Assembly: GCA_963793425.1 (NCBI GenBank)
Contig: CAWCAG010000006.1
Span: 1 to 64,000 of the forward strand
Source of the DNA: an uncultured cyanobacterium
Lineage (GTDB): Bacteria; Cyanobacteriota; Cyanobacteriia; Cyanobacteriales; CAWCAG01
Reading direction: 5' to 3'
Length of the DNA stretch: 64,000 nt
The first letter of the stretch is position 1. Each line of letters opens with the position of its first letter. The notes under the pieces are model-generated. The model was not told the origin of the DNA. It saw only the letters and a program-made list of their open reading frames with translations, and did no database searches. A program made the translations under genes and the position numbers. This document shows positions 59,437 through 64,000 of the stretch, piece after piece.

Positions 59437-60038
59437 GGTTCACCAATTACCTAAATTGGTCTTGTTGGAAACAGAACAGCCTCTAATCCCAATAGTTAGC
59501 ATTAGCTAAAGACTGGTTCACCAATTACCTAAATTGGTCTTGTTGGAAACTGTCACTGTGCCGATTTCTCCAACAGCAATTTTGAGGTTCACCAATTACC
59601 TAAATTGGTCTTGTTGGAAACCTGGTGCAGCTCTATGTATGTTACTTTTCCATCTTGGTTCACCAATTACCTAAATTGGTCTTGTTGGAAACGTTCAGTC
59701 TTTTAGCCGTTGCTGTTCCAGACTAAAACAGGTTCACCAATTACCTAAATTGGTCTTGTTGGAAACTAGGCCATCCAGCCTGTCACCTTCGGAGAAGGCT
59801 TCGTGGTTCACCAATTACCTAAATTGGTCTTGTTGGAAACACTAACAGAGATAATTCTGAAGGGGGGATAGCTCTAAGGGTTCACCAATTACCTAAATTG
59901 GTCTTGTTGGAAACTTCCTTTTTCACATTTTCCCCCGCCATTCGAGGTGGTTCACCAATTACCTAAATTAGTTTTGTTGGAAATAGCAAAAACAGGCGCA
60001 ATGGGAGTTGCAACGATAGCCGGGTTGACCAATTACTT
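59437..60038 (+). CRISPR. CRISPR array 2: 8 repeats (last degenerate) plus a partial 9th, 8 spacers
   Basis: Same 36-nt repeat; degenerate copies at 59949 and 60023 mark the trailer end and confirm + orientation. Confidence 0.97.
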
Positions 60039-60042
60039 ATTC

Positions 60043-61248
60043 TCAATCAATAGTAGAAAAACGCTCAACCAAAGCCTGAGCCTTGCTTAACTGAAGTTTT
60101 ACCAAATCTGGTGGCGCAAGAAATTGAGCGCTATCCATATGCTTAAAAACCCAAAAACCAAATTCCTGGAAAGAACGAGGAGGTAAATTGAGTGAGTAAT
60201 CAATGTAGGGATATTCCTTTTGCTTATTCTTTTTAGGAGTACGAATCCTTTGAGAAGGGTGGCGACATTCTCCTTCTAAGATAAAATTAACAACCGGAGG
60301 AAAAAACCTGACCTTAACCTCTGTAAAAGATAAATTACCGCAACGCTCTAAATACTGCTCTTCCGGCTTACCCAAATATAAACCCCAACCAGTTTTCAAT
60401 AACTTTTGTGCAACCTTAAGACTAGCTTTTTGCTTTTCGATACCTCGTTGGGTTTGAGAAACAATTGGGCAGTAATTCTTGAAACGGTCTAAACGCCCTA
60501 TAGCTAGATGGTTAGTTTCCCCAGAATTGTAGAAGGGACTATCCTCCTCAAACAAAAGATACCAAGCAACATCATAATAAATTAACTGCAAAGGATAAAC
60601 TTGCTTTGAACCAACTTGACCACTTTGATAATGGTCAGCAAAACGATAAAGTTCTATCTTATTTCCTAATGCGATCGCTTCTTCAACCGTATCAAGACAT
60701 TCATAAAGAGTACCTTGATGATATTTACCCTTAGCTCTCTTCTCCTCTGAATCGGTGTAGATAATAGCCCGATTGAGGTAAGCCCTTATGGGGTAAAACA
60801 AATCTTCCCCTATAGATAAATCAAGCCCCCGCAAACGCTTCTCTAATGTGCGGTAACAAGCAACAATCTTAGAGTCTCTTTGATATTCAGCCTGAGAAGC
60901 CAAAGCATTAAAAGCTAACTTTAGTTCCTCTTGGCTAAGAGCGCCTGTTCCGAGATAATAACCCCAACGATACATTTTTTGCCTCAACAAACCGTAATCC
61001 CTCAAAGTTGCCAAGTCACTGGAAATAGTAGAAGCAGAAGGATAATCATCTGGTAGCTCGAAATTCAGAGTTTTAGCTAGCAACTGTAACTTATCTCGAA
61101 TCAGTGCTTTAGCATCATGTTCTCCTTTAGTACTCTTTTCTGTGGCAGTACCTACCCCAGGAAAGTTAGCCAGAGTAGCGATTAACAACATGATGCGTTG
61201 AAAAGATAACTCATCAGCATAGGGATGCAGCTTCGGTGGTTTAGCCAT
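60043..61248 (-). CDS. WYL domain transcriptional regulator
   Basis: wHTH (TISSDLATLRDYG), YPLQLIYYDVAWYLL, GRLDRF. Confidence 0.9.
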   Translation of the reverse strand: MAKPPKLHPYADELSFQRIMLLIATLANFPGVGTATEKSTKGEHDAKALIRDKLQLLAKTLNFELPDDYPSASTISSDLATLRDYGLLRQKMYRWGYYLGTGALSQEELKLAFNALASQAEYQRDSKIVACYRTLEKRLRGLDLSIGEDLFYPIRAYLNRAIIYTDSEEKRAKGKYHQGTLYECLDTVEEAIALGNKIELYRFADHYQSGQVGSKQVYPLQLIYYDVAWYLLFEEDSPFYNSGETNHLAIGRLDRFKNYCPIVSQTQRGIEKQKASLKVAQKLLKTGWGLYLGKPEEQYLERCGNLSFTEVKVRFFPPVVNFILEGECRHPSQRIRTPKKNKQKEYPYIDYSLNLPPRSFQEFGFWVFKHMDSAQFLAPPDLVKLQLSKAQALVERFSTID

Positions 61249-61284
61249 TGACTAATAGGTCGTTAATGTAGAGTTACTATAGGG

Positions 61285-61413
61285 GGCATTGGTAGATGCA
61301 GGTATGGTTGCTCCCATATTAAACTAGCTTTTTGGGAGCTAATAGCTAATAGCTAACAGCTAATAGCTGCGAACAGAAAAACTTTGCACATCATACGTTC
61401 AATTACCAACGCC
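61285..61413 (-). mobile_element. ISL3-like MITE in the WYL/cmr intergenic region
   Basis: Reverse-complement homologue of 47060-47187, flanked by the direct repeat GAGTTACTATAGGG. Confidence 0.8.
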
Positions 61414-61695
61414 GAGTTACTATAGGGTAGTCGAAAGTAAGAATGAAAAACAACTCAAAAGAAATCATTAACTTTAAGAAAATAAAAGAGCTTCCATGCA
61501 ATACTATATGAAGCTTTGAAGCAAAGATATTTTTAGGTCAATAATCTCTTTTCCCTTTATTTCATCTCTCTAGAAAAGTTATCGTATAAACATAGTCAGG
61601 AGGAGTCAAAGCAAAGCTGCATTGTGCGTCTAAGGAAACTCGTTAAGGCAAAGACATCGATAAATTCGGTCAACCGCCACAGCGAGGTACAACCA

Positions 61696-61947
61696 GTGAA
61701 CAGCACCCAGCAACGTCCCCGTCCCCAAGCTCAAACTCAGGCTTCCTGGAAAAAGCTGCGTCAGCAGTATGGAGGCTTCGCCATCAAAGCGGTGGTAATT
61801 GCCCTCACCAGTGGTATCTCTGCTTGCGGAGATAACCTGCTGCTCGATGTCGCCTTGCCAACCCTAGTGGGAATTGGCTTAGAGGCGGTCAACGAGAGAG
61901 ACAGCAGACGGGTAGAGGAACAGCTACGACGACTCCGGACTAAGTAG
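61696..61947 (+). CDS. Small hydrophobic protein upstream of cas10
   Basis: GAGGT RBS before GTG 61696; GC-rich ORF; G/C hairpin downstream. Confidence 0.5.
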   Translation: MNSTQQRPRPQAQTQASWKKLRQQYGGFAIKAVVIALTSGISACGDNLLLDVALPTLVGIGLEAVNERDSRRVEEQLRRLRTK

Positions 61948-62089
61948 GGAGACGGGGGAACCCCCCCTGTTTTCCTTGCTGTTGCCGTTACCAAAATAGG
62001 GCAGATGGAATAAGTAAATAAGCAATACAGAATTTCAGGGTTTGCAGCTTCGTTAGCCAACTTTTTAAATTTGGACTTTTAACTCAAAT

Positions 62090-63751
62090 ATGTATACAGC
62101 TATTTCCTTTGCACCAGTGCAAGGTTTTATTGAAAAGTCTCGTAAGTTGAGAGATTTGTTTGGAGCATCTCTAATCCTCTCCCACCTTACCTCTAAACTA
62201 ATTGAAGGGCTGATTCCTAAGCAAGAGAGGGGAGAAAGAGTTATTTCTCCAGGGTTGCTGCAATTCGAGAAGGGTATGCCCAACAAAATTTTGCTAAAGG
62301 GGGAGTATTCTTCAGAAGAGATTAAGAATGTTTTCTTATTGAGTTGGAAAAATTTATTGACCGAGTGTAAAAAGTGGCTACAAGAAAATGTACAGGTTGA
62401 CTCTGGGTATCAATGGGAGAGACACTGGCGTAATTGGGGCAACCATGCTTGGGAAGTCTTCTGGGGTGTGGGAGATACACCAGATTCAGCAATGAAAGAC
62501 TTGGAAAATCGCAAACTTTCCCGTCGTTGGACAGCTATCAATTGGCAGTGGGATAGTTCTAGTCTTAGTGGTGCAGACGGTATCGTCTTTCCTAATATGA
62601 GTTCTCCGGACTTTGCACCCCAAAAAGATAAGTCAAAGGAAGAAAAGAAGGAACAAAACCGTAAGCATAAAGAAGCTATTGATAGTTTTTATCGGCAACT
62701 GGCAGAAGTTTTAGATGATTCTAAGTCTAATGCTTCTCAGAATGAAGATGATGAACCAGAAGGGAAATTCATTGACTCCAACGAAAGATTAAGCATTCCG
62801 GAGTTAGTTAAACGTTTAGTTACCAGGGAAGATATTGCTGAAGAAGTAGGTATAAGCCAGTTACATCGTGGTTTTAAAGAAATTAGGCGTATTCCTGAAA
62901 AGAAAACAACTAATCCTGAAGAGTCACAGGGGCAGTGGACAGGTTGGTTTATGGGAGATGGGGATAAGGTAGGAGATTACGTCAAAGGTTTATATGAGAA
63001 AGAGGGAGAAGCAGGACTCCGGAGATTTAGCCATGCTCTCCGAGATTGGGGAAAACGATTCCAAGAATTTTTCCCTAGCAGATTGGGAAGGGTTATTTAT
63101 GCAGGAGGAGATGACTTTTTAGGAGTTATTTATAGCAAAAAAATAAACCAACAGATTCCTGGGACTACAGCCGTAGATTGGTTGAGGGAATTGTCTCAAA
63201 AGTGGCAAGAGCATAAAGAAAAAATTACTCTCAGCGTTGGTTTTGTCTGGGCTGCGCCCCGTGTACCTCAGAGGGATTTATTACAACATTGCCGCCAAAC
63301 AGAAAAACTAGCTAAGAGTTTAGGGCGCGATCGCGTAACGATTAGGGTGTTATTTAACAGTGGGCAATATGTGCAATGGAGTTGTCCTTGGAACTATTTG
63401 CACATATTAACCAAGTATCAAGATAGGGAAGGTATCGGTTATCGTAATGGAGACTTTCTACAGTATGAAGATGCTAAAGGCAATCCCTGGGACGAACCTC
63501 CTAATTGGAGTCATGTTTACACAGATTTAGCACACCTTAAAGCTAGGCACGTTATAGATTTAAACGCTAACGAAGATAATGCTGATGACCGCATCGCTTT
63601 GAAATTATTTGACCTCTATTTCCGTAAACAAAGTGAATATTTAACTGATAATTCAGAACGAATTATTGGTAAAAACGAGGGGCTAGAGTATACCGATGTA
63701 AACCATTGGATTGACGGCTTAATCCAAATCGGTTGGCATTTATGTTCCTAG
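62090..63751 (+). CDS. cas10: Cas10/Cmr2 (short, lacks HD domain)
   Basis: ISFAPVQGFIEKSRKLRDL, FMGDGDKVG, IYAGGDDF palm motif. Confidence 0.92.
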   Translation: MYTAISFAPVQGFIEKSRKLRDLFGASLILSHLTSKLIEGLIPKQERGERVISPGLLQFEKGMPNKILLKGEYSSEEIKNVFLLSWKNLLTECKKWLQENVQVDSGYQWERHWRNWGNHAWEVFWGVGDTPDSAMKDLENRKLSRRWTAINWQWDSSSLSGADGIVFPNMSSPDFAPQKDKSKEEKKEQNRKHKEAIDSFYRQLAEVLDDSKSNASQNEDDEPEGKFIDSNERLSIPELVKRLVTREDIAEEVGISQLHRGFKEIRRIPEKKTTNPEESQGQWTGWFMGDGDKVGDYVKGLYEKEGEAGLRRFSHALRDWGKRFQEFFPSRLGRVIYAGGDDFLGVIYSKKINQQIPGTTAVDWLRELSQKWQEHKEKITLSVGFVWAAPRVPQRDLLQHCRQTEKLAKSLGRDRVTIRVLFNSGQYVQWSCPWNYLHILTKYQDREGIGYRNGDFLQYEDAKGNPWDEPPNWSHVYTDLAHLKARHVIDLNANEDNADDRIALKLFDLYFRKQSEYLTDNSERIIGKNEGLEYTDVNHWIDGLIQIGWHLCS

Positions 63752-63795
63752 CGTTGCTGATTTATGCCTGAATCAGAAAATGATACTGTCCGTAG

Positions 63796-64000
<205 letters not shown>

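Noticed and set aside
61600..61695. Possible riboswitch upstream of the small ORF
   Set aside because: No convincing match to a known aptamer consensus by eye

Overview
AT-rich cyanobacterial DNA (many HIP1 GCGATCGC sites), probably a plasmid or accessory island, since it starts with a relaxase/MobC pair. It has four modules. (1) 3.1-11.5 kb: a caspase-iSTAND / MoxR / vWA conflict operon fused to a complete diversity-generating retroelement (avd, RT, TR) with two hypermutated FGE-sulfatase/CLec targets. (2) 15-42.4 kb: a secretion and signalling island. A GT4-M50 protease-HlyD operon lies divergent from a 1662-aa S8...M23 protein with an LEPILTPSG leader; it is followed by a TpsA/TpsB pair, a PEP-CTERM protein, two CHAT proteases, DUF928, DUF1822 and a sigma-70-like factor. 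Five genes in this island share an upstream bipartite motif, GCATAAAA-N16-GAGAA, which looks like a dedicated sigma regulon. (3) Decayed mobile DNA: IS701 copies, group II intron ends, MITEs and a truncated tnpB. (4) 47.8-64 kb: a type III-B-like CRISPR locus with RT-Cas1, a core-deleted second cas1, cas2, two arrays, a mini-array, a solitary variant repeat, WYL, cas10/cmr2 and the start of cmr3. A frameshifted STAND NTPase sits between the two arrays. All family calls come from motifs recognised by eye; no database searches were run.
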